Assembly (NCBI GenBank): GCA_037142615.1
Contig: JBAXAI010000008.1
Span: 32,001-96,000 of the forward strand
Length of the DNA stretch: 64,000 nt
Reading direction: 5' to 3'
Source of the DNA: Spirochaetales bacterium
GTDB taxonomy: Bacteria > Spirochaetota > Spirochaetia > JABEVK01
The first letter of the stretch is position 1, and each line of letters starts with the position of its first letter. The notes below the pieces were generated by a model, which searched no databases, was not told the origin of the DNA, and saw only the letters and a list, made by a program, of their open reading frames with translations. The position numbers were made by a program, and so were the translations under genes. This document shows positions 25,469-35,145 of the stretch, piece after piece.

Positions 25469-27436
25469 ATGAAGAAACTGATTCTGATGTTGGGAGCCAC
25501 CCTGATGGTTGGCGGTTTGGCCACAGCCGAAATCGCGCTCAAGGACAAGGGCAGCGGCCAGGTGGAAATCACCTTTACCTACAAAGACGACAAAGCCAGC
25601 GAAATGGGTGTGATCGGCACCCTGGACAACTGGACAGTTCCCGGTGAGGCCATGGAACGCAATGCTGCCGGTCTGTGGGAAAAAACCATCACCGCGCTCG
25701 CCACCGACGAGATCCAGTACAAGTTCTATTCCAAGGGCAGCTGGATTTTTGACGAAAGGGCCCCCGACAAAAAGGACGACGGCTACGGTGCGTTCAATGG
25801 GTTGATCGTGGTGGCCGACATTTTGTCGGGCGTTACCCCGGCCGTTCCCGGTACGGCACCCGTTGTTGTCGCCAAGGCCAAGGGCAAGCCTGGTCGACCC
25901 AAGGCGTCCTTTGGTACCCAAACTTGGGTGGCCAGCGACACGCAGTTCGACACCACGGGCGGCTTTGCGCCGACGGTGTCTGCTCTCGATGCCTACTCAC
26001 TATGGAAGTTCCAGGGAGACCTGATTCCGAACGTGCCTGGTTACTTGGAGTTGACAGCGTTCAACGGCGCTCCACAGCTTTACAATTCGGGAACCGCTGC
26101 TGGTTCGACAAAACTGGAATGGCTGGACGGCCTCAAGAATCTGGCGACCGGTGTGGGCTTCAACCCGTTTTATTACCTAGGCGGCAATGCGCGGCCCCAC
26201 CTCGACAAGTTCCGGATCGGCATCGAAACACCGTGGGTGAATTACGAGACCGGTTACAAGGGAACGATTCTGCCGGGTCACCAGTCAGTCTTGTGGGAGA
26301 CGGTTGGTGCCCCTGTTGCAGACAGCGGCTACACGCAGCTTTCCCTGGGAAAAAGCCTTCAGACCTGGGGAGACCTGGAGTTGAGTGGCGGCGTCCTGCC
26401 GAACTTCAGCTCGAGTGTCATCGGCAAGTTTGGCTTGTTCAGTTGGCTGTCGGCCTCGTTCGAAGGGTTCACTGCCGATGTCGCCTATGAACTGCGATCA
26501 CTTTCCGGCACCGATCCGACCCAGTTTCTGGTGGATCCTGCCCGTCAGGACTGGATTGTTGGCGGTTCCGCTGTGGCAGACGGTTGGTCACTGAAGTTCA
26601 ACGGCCTGTATTCGCTCTACATTCCCGGCACGACGGTTGATCTTCAAGCGTTCAATCTCAAGTCGGCCTTTCAAGTCGAAGGCGGGTATACCGACTACTA
26701 CGGCGACTCACAAACCCTCGTGGGCCTTTCGTATCGCGGAAGCAGCGCCGCCAACATGCTGTATGTGGCCAACAATGCGGTGCTTGGCCTGCCTGGATCT
26801 GCCATGGTCAGCGTCAAGGGCTTTCAAAACTTCGGCTACGAGGCAACGGTTAACTACGATGCCAGCGTTGTTACGGCGGTAACCAACATCGCAAGCAACA
26901 ACATCGGCCTCACGCTGACACCCGATCTCAGGCTGAACCTGGACGTTCTGACCTCAAACGCCCTGAAGTGGAAACTCGACCTATACGCCCAGTTGGCGTC
27001 GAATACGAAGGGTGCCTTGGTCTCGTTGCCCGTGGCAGGGCTCGTGGCCCACTCCGACGAAATTGACTTGTACTACCGCTGGGATGCTTCCGATACCACA
27101 AACAACGTGCTGTTCAACTCGGTGTTAGGGCAAGTTCGTTTTGGGCCGCTGGCCTTGCAGTTGGGTGGTGCACTGCGTACCGGCGCGAGTTCGGGCAGCC
27201 CCTTCGGTGCCACCGCAGGGCTCACGTTCAACGTGGATGCCCCAGCTGCCAAGAATCCCGTGCTCTACAGCAACTTTGTGTATGGCATGGACCCGTATGC
27301 CTCGAGTTCCACTGCAAGCAGCTTCAACCTCACCAACTACGGCATTCCCGGTGGCCCGAACCAAAGCATCGACAGCAACTGGGCAACGTCCAAGACCACC
27401 AGCGCACTCCGCATTGGCTTGTCTTGGAACTTCTAG
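25469..27436 (+). CDS. Exported protein: CBM48 plus putative outer-membrane beta-barrel (copy B)
   Basis: ATG 25469 with AAGGA SD; same CBM48 as copy A; C-terminal IGLSWNF. Confidence 0.75.
   Translation: MKKLILMLGATLMVGGLATAEIALKDKGSGQVEITFTYKDDKASEMGVIGTLDNWTVPGEAMERNAAGLWEKTITALATDEIQYKFYSKGSWIFDERAPDKKDDGYGAFNGLIVVADILSGVTPAVPGTAPVVVAKAKGKPGRPKASFGTQTWVASDTQFDTTGGFAPTVSALDAYSLWKFQGDLIPNVPGYLELTAFNGAPQLYNSGTAAGSTKLEWLDGLKNLATGVGFNPFYYLGGNARPHLDKFRIGIETPWVNYETGYKGTILPGHQSVLWETVGAPVADSGYTQLSLGKSLQTWGDLELSGGVLPNFSSSVIGKFGLFSWLSASFEGFTADVAYELRSLSGTDPTQFLVDPARQDWIVGGSAVADGWSLKFNGLYSLYIPGTTVDLQAFNLKSAFQVEGGYTDYYGDSQTLVGLSYRGSSAANMLYVANNAVLGLPGSAMVSVKGFQNFGYEATVNYDASVVTAVTNIASNNIGLTLTPDLRLNLDVLTSNALKWKLDLYAQLASNTKGALVSLPVAGLVAHSDEIDLYYRWDASDTTNNVLFNSVLGQVRFGPLALQLGGALRTGASSGSPFGATAGLTFNVDAPAAKNPVLYSNFVYGMDPYASSSTASSFNLTNYGIPGGPNQSIDSNWATSKTTSALRIGLSWNF
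25562..25852 (+). repeat. Duplicated CBM48 domain, copy 2
   Basis: See copy 1 at 23060-23350. Confidence 0.9.
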
Positions 27437-27448
27437 AGTCTTTGAAAC

Positions 27449-27512
27449 CATGACTGGGGTACACCGGGCCTTGTCCGGTGTCCAGCATGAAACTCCCGCA
27501 CAACCTGCGGGA
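27449..27512 (+). other. Two intercistronic stem-loops
   Basis: CATG.CTGG...ACACCGG/CCGGTGT-CCAG-CATG (27449-27489) and TCCCGCA/TGCGGGA (27494-27512), just before the AGGAG SD. Confidence 0.55.
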
Positions 27513-27526
27513 TTCAGGAGCACGAT

Positions 27527-29082
27527 ATGAATCGTCTTTTCTTGGCTATGTTGTCGTTGCTGGCAGTCATTGGTCTGGCCAGTTGTGACCTTCTTGGTCC
27601 TGGTACTGACCCCGGTACCGGCGGCACCACAGATATTTTCTTGGGAACGGGAACCGGCGGTGGCACTTCCGGTTGGTGGATCAAGGGGAGCTTTGATGGC
27701 TGGGTTGGCGTGGATGACAAAGCTGTGATTGGCAGCAACACAGTCCATTTGCTTAGTGTTGACGCTGTCAACCCAAACCTCCTCAGTTTCGAGATGACAA
27801 AGGCTACTTTGGGCCTTCGCCAAGACGACTATAAGTTCGTCTTGATGGGTCCAGACCCTGCCGGTGTCGCTGCAGATCGGATCAAGTTCAACTTTGTGTT
27901 TGATGCAACAACGACAAAGTTTGCCGACAACACCGTTTACACTCTTGTTCCTTCAACAACAACGGGCACATCCGACATCGTGTTCACCGCGAGTGCCACG
28001 AGCTATACCATCTTGGTCGATACCACTGACCCGGCCGCCCCAAGAGTCAAGTTGATTCCTGGAAGCTCAGCATCGACTGCGTACACGGAACTGGAAATTG
28101 CGGACGGACTTAACCTCAAGGGCAGTGTTTTCGACGGTAGCTGGACCGCCCACACAACGGCCTCCGAAGCGGTTACTGGCACGAAAGACGCCGTATATGA
28201 TGCAACAGCCCATACGGTCACTTGGGACAACTTGAAGATTACCAAGGCCGGTGGAGCTTTCGGAATAGACTCCTTGAACGGCTGGCTCGTAGTTCCCGAC
28301 ACCGTTGCAAGCAGCTCAGCCGCTGTCGTGAATGTTATGACCGGAACTGGTAGCAATCCGACTCTCACAGGAACCCCGACTGATTTCTCCGATACGGTCT
28401 ATACCTTTGTCGTAACAATCGATTACACCAAAACCGTCGCACTTGGGCGTTACAGTCTATCGATTGCTGTCAAGACTCTCGGGACAACGGCATGGCCTGC
28501 GATCGATCCGTTGACCGTCACCATTGATATGACGAATGGTGCCGGAAACGGCGATTCTTGGGGAGCTCAACTGGGGCAAATCTCAACAGCGGTTTCCGGA
28601 TCGAACCTTTTGGTAAAAATAACGTTCGCCAAGAGAGACGCGGGTGGCGGTAACAACGTCTGGCTCTTGACAACGCGGATATAGCAACTGGAAGTACTGA
28701 TGTAACCAACGACGTATTTGCAGGTTGGGGAAATATCGGTATGACCACGAGCAGCAACCTGAACTATGATTTCATGGCTTGGGGTAGCAACGCTGGCAAA
28801 ACATCCCCTGGTTTTGGGTATGCTGGTGCAAAGACAATCATCACTGGCACGGCTACTGATGTGAAGTCGACTGTAGTGGTTGTTGAAGAGTCCGCAACAT
28901 CGACCCTTTGGTTCCAGATTCCCAAGACGGCACTCCAACTCGACGCGACACACAACCATCTGCAAGCAGTCGTGTTGTTTGGCCAAAACGGGGATATCCA
29001 TTCCATGATCCCGGCGACAACAAACGACGCCGCTTTCACTTCGTTTAGTACTGTCGCAACCCAAACAATTTCGGGCTTGTAG
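27527..29082 (+). pseudogene. Thr-rich multidomain lipoprotein (SusE/F-like), split by a one-base frameshift near 28654-28681
   Basis: Lipobox LASC; WWIKGSFDGW..YKF CBM-like motif; frame of 27527 stops at 28684 while the frame of the 28741 ORF is open from 28654 and continues DNADIATGSTD. Confidence 0.6.
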
Positions 29083-29089
29083 CACTCCC

Positions 29090-29159
29090 CCCGCCAGAGC
29101 GACTGGCGGGTTTCTCTGACTTTCGACCGGCAGGACAAGTTCCTGCCGGTCTTTTTTTT
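29090..29159 (+). terminator. Tandem intrinsic terminators
   Basis: CCCGCCAG/CTGGCGGG+TTTCTCT, then GACCGGCAGGA/TCCTGCCGGTC+T8. Confidence 0.85.
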
Positions 29160-29173
29160 CCTCGGCGCACTCC

Positions 29174-29207
29174 TTGACTTGGGGATATGTGCACACGTAT
29201 CCTGTGT
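29174..29207 (+). promoter_or_regulatory. TA promoter with overlapping inverted repeats (autorepression operator)
   Basis: TTGACT-18-TATCCT; TGTGCACA palindrome and ACAC-N7-GTGT; ATG 6 nt after the -10 box. Confidence 0.55.
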
Positions 29208-29209
29208 AA

Positions 29210-29434
29210 ATGAAGAACATCACGCTCTCTATCGACGATGACCTTTTGAAGTTGGGCCGCGAGTACGCGCGTACCCAGCACCAGTCTTTCAACGTGCTGG
29301 TTCGCAGGCTCCTGGAACAAACGGTTACCAAAAAGAGTTCGTCTTGGCTCGACGAAACCTTTGTCTACATCGACAAAAACATCGATTCCCGGGTCGGCAT
29401 CACGTGGTCACGGGACGAACTGTACCGTGGCTAA
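29210..29434 (+). CDS. Antitoxin, RHH/DUF6364-like (VapB-type)
   Basis: MKNITLSIDDDLL...REYA....S.N.LVR..L and C-terminal WSRDELY; overlaps the PIN gene. Confidence 0.82.
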   Translation: MKNITLSIDDDLLKLGREYARTQHQSFNVLVRRLLEQTVTKKSSSWLDETFVYIDKNIDSRVGITWSRDELYRG

Positions 29435-29867
29435 GGTCTTTCTTGATACCAACCTTCTGCTCTACACCGTCGACAAGCAAGATCCTGACAAGCACGAGCA
29501 AGCCCGCCGGGTGTTAAAGAGGATCACTTGCGACCACGTTGCGGTGATTTCAACGCAGGTGCTGCAAGAGTTCTATAGCGCCGCCACGTCGAAACTGAAG
29601 CTTGACAAGATGGTCGCCAAGCACTTGCTCCACAGCTTCGCAAACCTCGAAACCGTCGTGGCCGATCTCGCTCTGATTGAACAGGCCGTCGACATCAGTG
29701 CCCTGTTTCAACTTTCGTTTTGGGACTCTTTGGTAGTTGCCGCCGCTGAACGAGGCAACTGCTCGTATATGGTCACGGAAGACCTCAACGATGGGCAGAG
29801 TATTCGCGGCGTTCAGGTGGTGAATCCTTTCAAGAACCCAGACTTTGCCTTTGCCGACCGGAGGTGA
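29427..29867 (+). CDS. PIN-domain toxin (VapC-like)
   Basis: FLDTNLLLY, STQVLQEF, SFWDSL and TED motifs; GTG at 29427. Confidence 0.9.
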   Translation: MAKVFLDTNLLLYTVDKQDPDKHEQARRVLKRITCDHVAVISTQVLQEFYSAATSKLKLDKMVAKHLLHSFANLETVVADLALIEQAVDISALFQLSFWDSLVVAAAERGNCSYMVTEDLNDGQSIRGVQVVNPFKNPDFAFADRR

Positions 29868-29931
29868 GAAAATACCCGTGCTCCGGACGAAGCCAGCGCT
29901 ATCGCGGACGCCCGTGGACTATAATTGAGCC

Positions 29932-30939
29932 ATGCGACTCAAGATCAGCACCTTCAACGCTCAGAACCTCATCCTCCCCGGGGTGAACTTTTACGGTACC
30001 TCGCGTACCAGCCCCGACGACTACATGGCCAAGTGCCAATGGATCGCGGGCCAGCTCAACCGGATGGACGCCGATCTCGTCGGCTTTCAGGAAGTGTTTC
30101 ACCGCGCCGCGCTCGAAAACACCCTCCGAATCTCGGGCCAGTACGCCCACGCCGAGATTCTCACCGAGCCCGAAACCCAGCTGACTCCCCGCGTGGCGCT
30201 GGTCAGCCGCTTGCCGGTTCGACGTTTCGAATGGATCAGCGAGTTTCCGGCTGAAGCCCACCTCGACGCCCTCGGGGTGCCCCTGCCCTTCACGCGCTTC
30301 CACCGGCCCATTCTCAAGGCGTGGATCGCGCTACCGAACGGGGTCGACACCGTGGTCTTCGTGGTGCACCTCAAATCAAAGCGGCCCATGGTGCCCGAAG
30401 GACGACCGCGCCACGATCCGGCCGAAGAGGCCCGCGGCATGGCCCGGTCGCTGATTCTGCGGGCCTGCGAGGCGGCCGCGCTCCGGTTACTGGTTCTGGC
30501 CGAGATTCAAGACACCAACACACCGGTCATTCTGATGGGAGACCTCAACGACTCGACCCATTCGGTGACCAATGACATTCTGCAGGGCCGCATCCCGCAG
30601 CGGAACTTTCCCCAGGACGTGAAAAAGACCCTGTGGGACATCCTGCTGTACAGCTGCGCCGACCTGCAGGCCCGCAAGAGCTACAAAGACGTGTACTACA
30701 CCCACCTGCACGACAGCCATTACGAAAGCCTCGACCACATTTATGTCAGCCAGGAGTTCGTCAACGAGAACCCTGCCCACATCGGGTTTGTGGAGTACAT
30801 GCGCCTGTACAACGATCATTTGCTCGACCCGGCGCTCACCGACGAACCGGCCCCAGTGGAAATCAGCGACCACGGCCAACCCTTGGTTTGCATTCGCTTG
30901 CGCGAGGCCAAGGACCACCGGTTCGGACCCAAAAGCTAG
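29932..30939 (+). CDS. Endonuclease/exonuclease/phosphatase (EEP) family protein
   Basis: TFN..NL, GFQE, HLKSKR, GDLND, LDHI and SDHG motifs. Confidence 0.88.
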   Translation: MRLKISTFNAQNLILPGVNFYGTSRTSPDDYMAKCQWIAGQLNRMDADLVGFQEVFHRAALENTLRISGQYAHAEILTEPETQLTPRVALVSRLPVRRFEWISEFPAEAHLDALGVPLPFTRFHRPILKAWIALPNGVDTVVFVVHLKSKRPMVPEGRPRHDPAEEARGMARSLILRACEAAALRLLVLAEIQDTNTPVILMGDLNDSTHSVTNDILQGRIPQRNFPQDVKKTLWDILLYSCADLQARKSYKDVYYTHLHDSHYESLDHIYVSQEFVNENPAHIGFVEYMRLYNDHLLDPALTDEPAPVEISDHGQPLVCIRLREAKDHRFGPKS

Positions 30940-30975
30940 TTGCCGATCGGGCCCTAGCGCCGGTATACTGACGGA

Positions 30976-32271
30976 ATGGAATCGTACTTCAAGGAGAGCC
31001 GTGTCGGCATCGGATTCATCGACATCGCCGACTACACTTTTCTTTCCAAGTTCCTGAGCCCCCAGGAAAACCAGACCCTTCTCAACGGTCTGTATTCGGC
31101 CTTTCTCATCGTGCTCCAAAAGCACGGGGGCTCGCTGAACAAGATCGAGGGCGATTCCTTGATGTTCCAGTTCGACGACTTCAGCGACCCCGAGCTCGCC
31201 AACCTCGAAGAAGAAGATCGCCACAATCACATCGTCAAAAACCTGTTCTACACCTGCGTTGAGATGCAGCGGGTGTGCGTGCTGTTCAACAACGCCGAAA
31301 AGGCCTTTTTGGCCAACCATGCCGATCCGGGGATGGCGCTGGCGTTGCAGAGGGCCTTTGCCATCATCGAGGGCCTGCGCGGCCGCAACGAAGTGTCGAA
31401 CGCCATGCACGCGTTTTTTCAGGTGCGGGTGCGCATTGGTGCCAACTACGGCGAGGTCATGCTGGGCAACTTCGGCCCCGAAGGCTACAAACACTGGGAC
31501 GTGATCGGCATGCCCGTCATCGAAGCCAAGCGCATGGAGGCCACCGCCCCGGTGGGAGGCTTGCGCATCAGCGAAAGCTTTTACCACACGCTCGAGTCCA
31601 TCGGCACGGTGAACGACTACTTCGAACGCTTTCGGCGCGAGGCCAGGCTCACCGGCAGCGTGTACGCCAACATCCAAAAGGACGAACTGTTTGCCCGGCG
31701 CAAAGTGGTGATCAGCGAAAAAAAAGGGGCCACGTACTGGACCTACAGCGTGCAGGTGAACTACAAGCTGCCTGAGCACATTGTCGGCCAAGCCCGCAGC
31801 CTGCTTGCCCACGGTCCTTCCGGGGCCGATGGTGTCATCGAGCTGCTCAAGTATTACCGGGGTAACACCTACGTGATCGACGCCCTCGAGGCCCTGTTCC
31901 GCAGCGAAGGGATACGCGTGCGAAAGCACGACCTGCTGTCGTTGATGGCCCCCAAAAAGGCCGCTGAACTGACCGGCGACATCGACAGCCAGTTCAGTCT
32001 CGCCAAAATTCTTCACCTGATGAACCGTTTTCAGGACGGCATCAAGAAATACCGCGAAACGGCGCGAACCGGGCACTTCCTGGGCTACGAAATCACCATG
32101 GGCGAGCAGGAAAAACGCATCCGCGAAGAGTTTGAAGACCATCGCCGGAGCATGGTGAACCGGGCCGGGTTTTTCGAAGTGACCATTCCGTTGGTGTACC
32201 AAAGCATTCTTGCCTCGATCCTCGAGTACCAGACCGCCGACGAGGGCCTTGTCGAACTCGAAATGCTCTAG
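30976..32271 (+). CDS. Soluble class III adenylate/guanylate cyclase-domain protein
   Basis: FIDIADYT, KIEGD, VRIG...GEV..G..G, WDVIG..V..A.RME motifs. Confidence 0.8.
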   Translation: MESYFKESRVGIGFIDIADYTFLSKFLSPQENQTLLNGLYSAFLIVLQKHGGSLNKIEGDSLMFQFDDFSDPELANLEEEDRHNHIVKNLFYTCVEMQRVCVLFNNAEKAFLANHADPGMALALQRAFAIIEGLRGRNEVSNAMHAFFQVRVRIGANYGEVMLGNFGPEGYKHWDVIGMPVIEAKRMEATAPVGGLRISESFYHTLESIGTVNDYFERFRREARLTGSVYANIQKDELFARRKVVISEKKGATYWTYSVQVNYKLPEHIVGQARSLLAHGPSGADGVIELLKYYRGNTYVIDALEALFRSEGIRVRKHDLLSLMAPKKAAELTGDIDSQFSLAKILHLMNRFQDGIKKYRETARTGHFLGYEITMGEQEKRIREEFEDHRRSMVNRAGFFEVTIPLVYQSILASILEYQTADEGLVELEML

Positions 32272-32314
32272 CAGAACGTTTTCCTCGTTTCCAAATAAAT
32301 CGTACACAATACAG

Positions 32315-32375
32315 TTGACACCCGCTTTGTCAGGCAGTACTTTCGACCCATCGTTCGAATTACGGAACGTCGGTA
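32315..32375 (+). promoter_or_regulatory. Sigma70 promoter with candidate TetR operators
   Basis: TTGACA-17-TACTTT; inverted repeats TGACA-N7-TGTCA and TTCGA-N8-TCGAA; GAGGAGG SD. Confidence 0.6.
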
Positions 32376-32387
32376 CGAGGAGGACGC

Positions 32388-33017
32388 ATGACGGCGAAGA
32401 GCCGGACCACACGGCAAGAGACCGAACGCGGGCGAAAGTCGGCCGAGATCAAGGATGAGGCGCTGAGGCTGTTTGCCACCAAGGGCTACGAGGGCACCAC
32501 CCTCGAAGACATCGCGGTGGAACTCGGCTACGCCAAGACCTCGCTGTACTACTACTTCCCGAGCAAGGAAGCCATCGTCAAGGCGCTGATCAGCGACTCG
32601 ATGAACGAGGCCAGTGCGCGCATGGACCGCCTGTTTGAGCGTTCGACCAACCCGGTCGAAAACCTGCGCGACCTGATTGGCAACTACATCGACGACGCCG
32701 ATTCGCAGCGGTCGTTTTTTCAGATCCACCACCACGTGGGTCATTTTATGGACAGCATCCTTTCGGCCGAAGAACGGCTCGAAATGGCGCTCAAAATGCG
32801 CGAAATGAACGACAAGATCCTGGGGCTCGTCCGCCGGGGGATCGAAGACGGGCACTACTGGAGCATGGACCCGCAGGTACTGGCCGAAATGCTGCTGGGC
32901 ATGCTGGGCGGGCTGATGAGTCCGTCGGCGTTTGGTAAAGGCTTTGACCGTCAGGCTATGAAACAACAGATCATCACGATTCTGATCAACGGAATACTAA
33001 AGAGAGAGGGAATATGA
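32388..33017 (+). CDS. TetR/AcrR family regulator
   Basis: A.RLF..KGY..TTL.DIA..LG.AK.SLYYYFPSKE helix-turn-helix. Confidence 0.93.
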   Translation: MTAKSRTTRQETERGRKSAEIKDEALRLFATKGYEGTTLEDIAVELGYAKTSLYYYFPSKEAIVKALISDSMNEASARMDRLFERSTNPVENLRDLIGNYIDDADSQRSFFQIHHHVGHFMDSILSAEERLEMALKMREMNDKILGLVRRGIEDGHYWSMDPQVLAEMLLGMLGGLMSPSAFGKGFDRQAMKQQIITILINGILKREGI

Positions 33018-33718
33018 GCACTATCATCGAACTGGGCGACGTGAAGAAACACTACATGCTGGGAACCACGAAGGTCGAAGCCCTGCGGGGCGTCAGCTTC
33101 CAGATTACCCGTGGCGAGTTCACCGCCATCGCCGGGCCCTCGGGCTCAGGCAAGAGCACCATCCTCAACATGGTGGGCTGCATCGACAACCCGAGCTCGG
33201 GAACCATCATCATCGGTGGCGACGACGTGAGCGGCCTGAGCGACAAGCGGCTCACCAAGTACCGCCGCAGCACCATCAGCTTTATTTTTCAAAGCTTCAA
33301 CCTGATTCCCGTGCTCAACGTGTACGAAAACATCGAATTGCCCCTGTTGCTCGAAAAAGGCATGAACGAAGCCGACCGCAAGGCCCACGTGATGCAACTG
33401 ATCGAAGAAGTCGGCCTGACCGACCGCATCAAGAACAAGCCCAACCAGCTTTCGGGCGGTCAGCGCCAGCGGGTGGCCATTGCCCGCGCGCTGGTGACCA
33501 AACCGCTGGTGGTGCTCGCCGATGAACCCACAGCCAACCTCGACTCGGTGACGGGTGCCAAGATCCTCGAACTGATGGAAGACCTGAACAAGCGTCAGGG
33601 CACCACCTTCGTGTTCAGCACCCACGACCACACCATCATGGACAAGGCGCGGCGGGTCATTTCGATCCAGGACGGACTGATCACCAGTGACGTCAGCAAG
33701 GCCGGGTTGGCCGTATGA
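33014..33718 (+). CDS. ABC ATP-binding protein (LolD/MacB-like)
   Basis: GPSGSGKST, FQSFNL, LSGGQRQRVAIARAL and ADEPTANLD motifs. Confidence 0.93.
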   Translation: MSTIIELGDVKKHYMLGTTKVEALRGVSFQITRGEFTAIAGPSGSGKSTILNMVGCIDNPSSGTIIIGGDDVSGLSDKRLTKYRRSTISFIFQSFNLIPVLNVYENIELPLLLEKGMNEADRKAHVMQLIEEVGLTDRIKNKPNQLSGGQRQRVAIARALVTKPLVVLADEPTANLDSVTGAKILELMEDLNKRQGTTFVFSTHDHTIMDKARRVISIQDGLITSDVSKAGLAV

Positions 33719-35136
33719 GGGATCTGTTCAAACCCGCCGCGATCCGAATCGCACTGCGGTCCATCCTGCGGCGCAAGGTGCGGATGCTGCTCATCGGCAG
33801 CCTCGTCACCATCGGCACCTTCTTGATCGTGTTCGGCGGCACCTTCGCGTCGTCGGCCCAAAGCGAAAGCAAAAAGGCCATCGTCGGCTACTTCACCGGC
33901 GACCTGGAACTGTATTCCAACCGCTCGAAAGAAGTGCCCTCGCCCTTCAGCTTCACTACGCCCCTGCCGGTGGTCGAAGACTCGCGCAAAATCGAGGCGT
34001 GGCTCGATGGGAACCCCGACGTGCAGTCGTTCGTGTCGATCGGGCAGAACTACGGCTTGATCTCGATCGAAAAGGACGGCAACAAGCTCGATCTGCCGAT
34101 TTTGTTCTACGCCGTCGACACGGCCCGTTACCAGAAGACCTTCGATAACCTGCAAGTCACGACAGGGCAATACTTTGGCGCTGAAGGCTCAGCAACTTCG
34201 CAGGGCATTCTGCTCAGCGAGGCCCAAAAGAAGGCCTACCACGACAAGTACGGTGTGACGCTCGAACCAGGCCAAAAGGTGACCCTGCTCAGCCTCACCG
34301 GCGGCGGCAGCGTCAACGCAGTGCCCAGCCAAGTGCTCGGGTACTTTGCTCCCCGTCACTACAGCAACGTGTTCGACTACATCAATTTCATGGACATGCG
34401 CACGTACAGCAGCCTGTTCAACTTCACCGGGATCACCAGCGGCTCGTTGCCCACCTCGATGAATGACGCGTTTGCCGCCACCAGCGACGATGCCATCTTC
34501 GATTTGGCCGACACGGCCGCGTTTGACAAGCTCGATGTCGCGGCCCTTTCGAAGGAAGACCTCACCGGTTCGACGCAAATCGCCATCAAGCTCAAGGACT
34601 CGAGCCGCGCCGAGGCGTTTCTGAAGGACGTCGAGGCCCAGGGCTTCCAGGTGAAGTCGATTCCGTGGAACAAGGCCTCGAGCTTCTTTGCCAGCGTGGC
34701 CGACATTTTGCAGGCCGTCATCTATGGGGCCACGTTCCTGATCTTCCTCATCGTCGTGTTCATTCTGATGAACACCCTGATCATCAACATTTTGGAGCGC
34801 ACCGGCGAGATCGGCACGCTGCGGGCCATCGGTGCCGACAAGAGCTTCGTTTCTGCCATCTTCTTGTGGGAAAGTATCTTGCTGAATCTGTTCGCTGCGA
34901 TTGTGGGCATTGGCCTCAGCCTTCTGCTCATCGCCAGCTTTGGTTCCGGCGGCGTGAAACTGCCGGACATTGTCGCGCAGTACCTTGTCGGCGGCGGCGC
35001 CCTGAAGCTGGTGATCAGCCCCGTGCCCTTTTTGACCGGTGTCGGTCTGGTCCTCGTCGTTTCGTTCCTCGCCACGCTGTACCCCATCCGTGTCGCCGTG
35101 AACGTGTCGCCCCTCAAAGCCATGAGCGGGAACTAA
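33715..35136 (+). CDS. FtsX/MacB-like ABC permease
   Basis: TM1, large periplasmic domain, ERTGEIGTLRAIG and three C-terminal TMs. Confidence 0.88.
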   Translation: MRDLFKPAAIRIALRSILRRKVRMLLIGSLVTIGTFLIVFGGTFASSAQSESKKAIVGYFTGDLELYSNRSKEVPSPFSFTTPLPVVEDSRKIEAWLDGNPDVQSFVSIGQNYGLISIEKDGNKLDLPILFYAVDTARYQKTFDNLQVTTGQYFGAEGSATSQGILLSEAQKKAYHDKYGVTLEPGQKVTLLSLTGGGSVNAVPSQVLGYFAPRHYSNVFDYINFMDMRTYSSLFNFTGITSGSLPTSMNDAFAATSDDAIFDLADTAAFDKLDVAALSKEDLTGSTQIAIKLKDSSRAEAFLKDVEAQGFQVKSIPWNKASSFFASVADILQAVIYGATFLIFLIVVFILMNTLIINILERTGEIGTLRAIGADKSFVSAIFLWESILLNLFAAIVGIGLSLLLIASFGSGGVKLPDIVAQYLVGGGALKLVISPVPFLTGVGLVLVVSFLATLYPIRVAVNVSPLKAMSGN

Positions 35137-35145
35137 GGAGATTTC

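Noticed and set aside
30487-32412. Long antisense ORFs (641 aa here; also 34189-35574, 50816-52192, 54393-55856 and others)
   Set aside because: They mirror well-supported genes; high GC3 depletes antisense stops; no motifs
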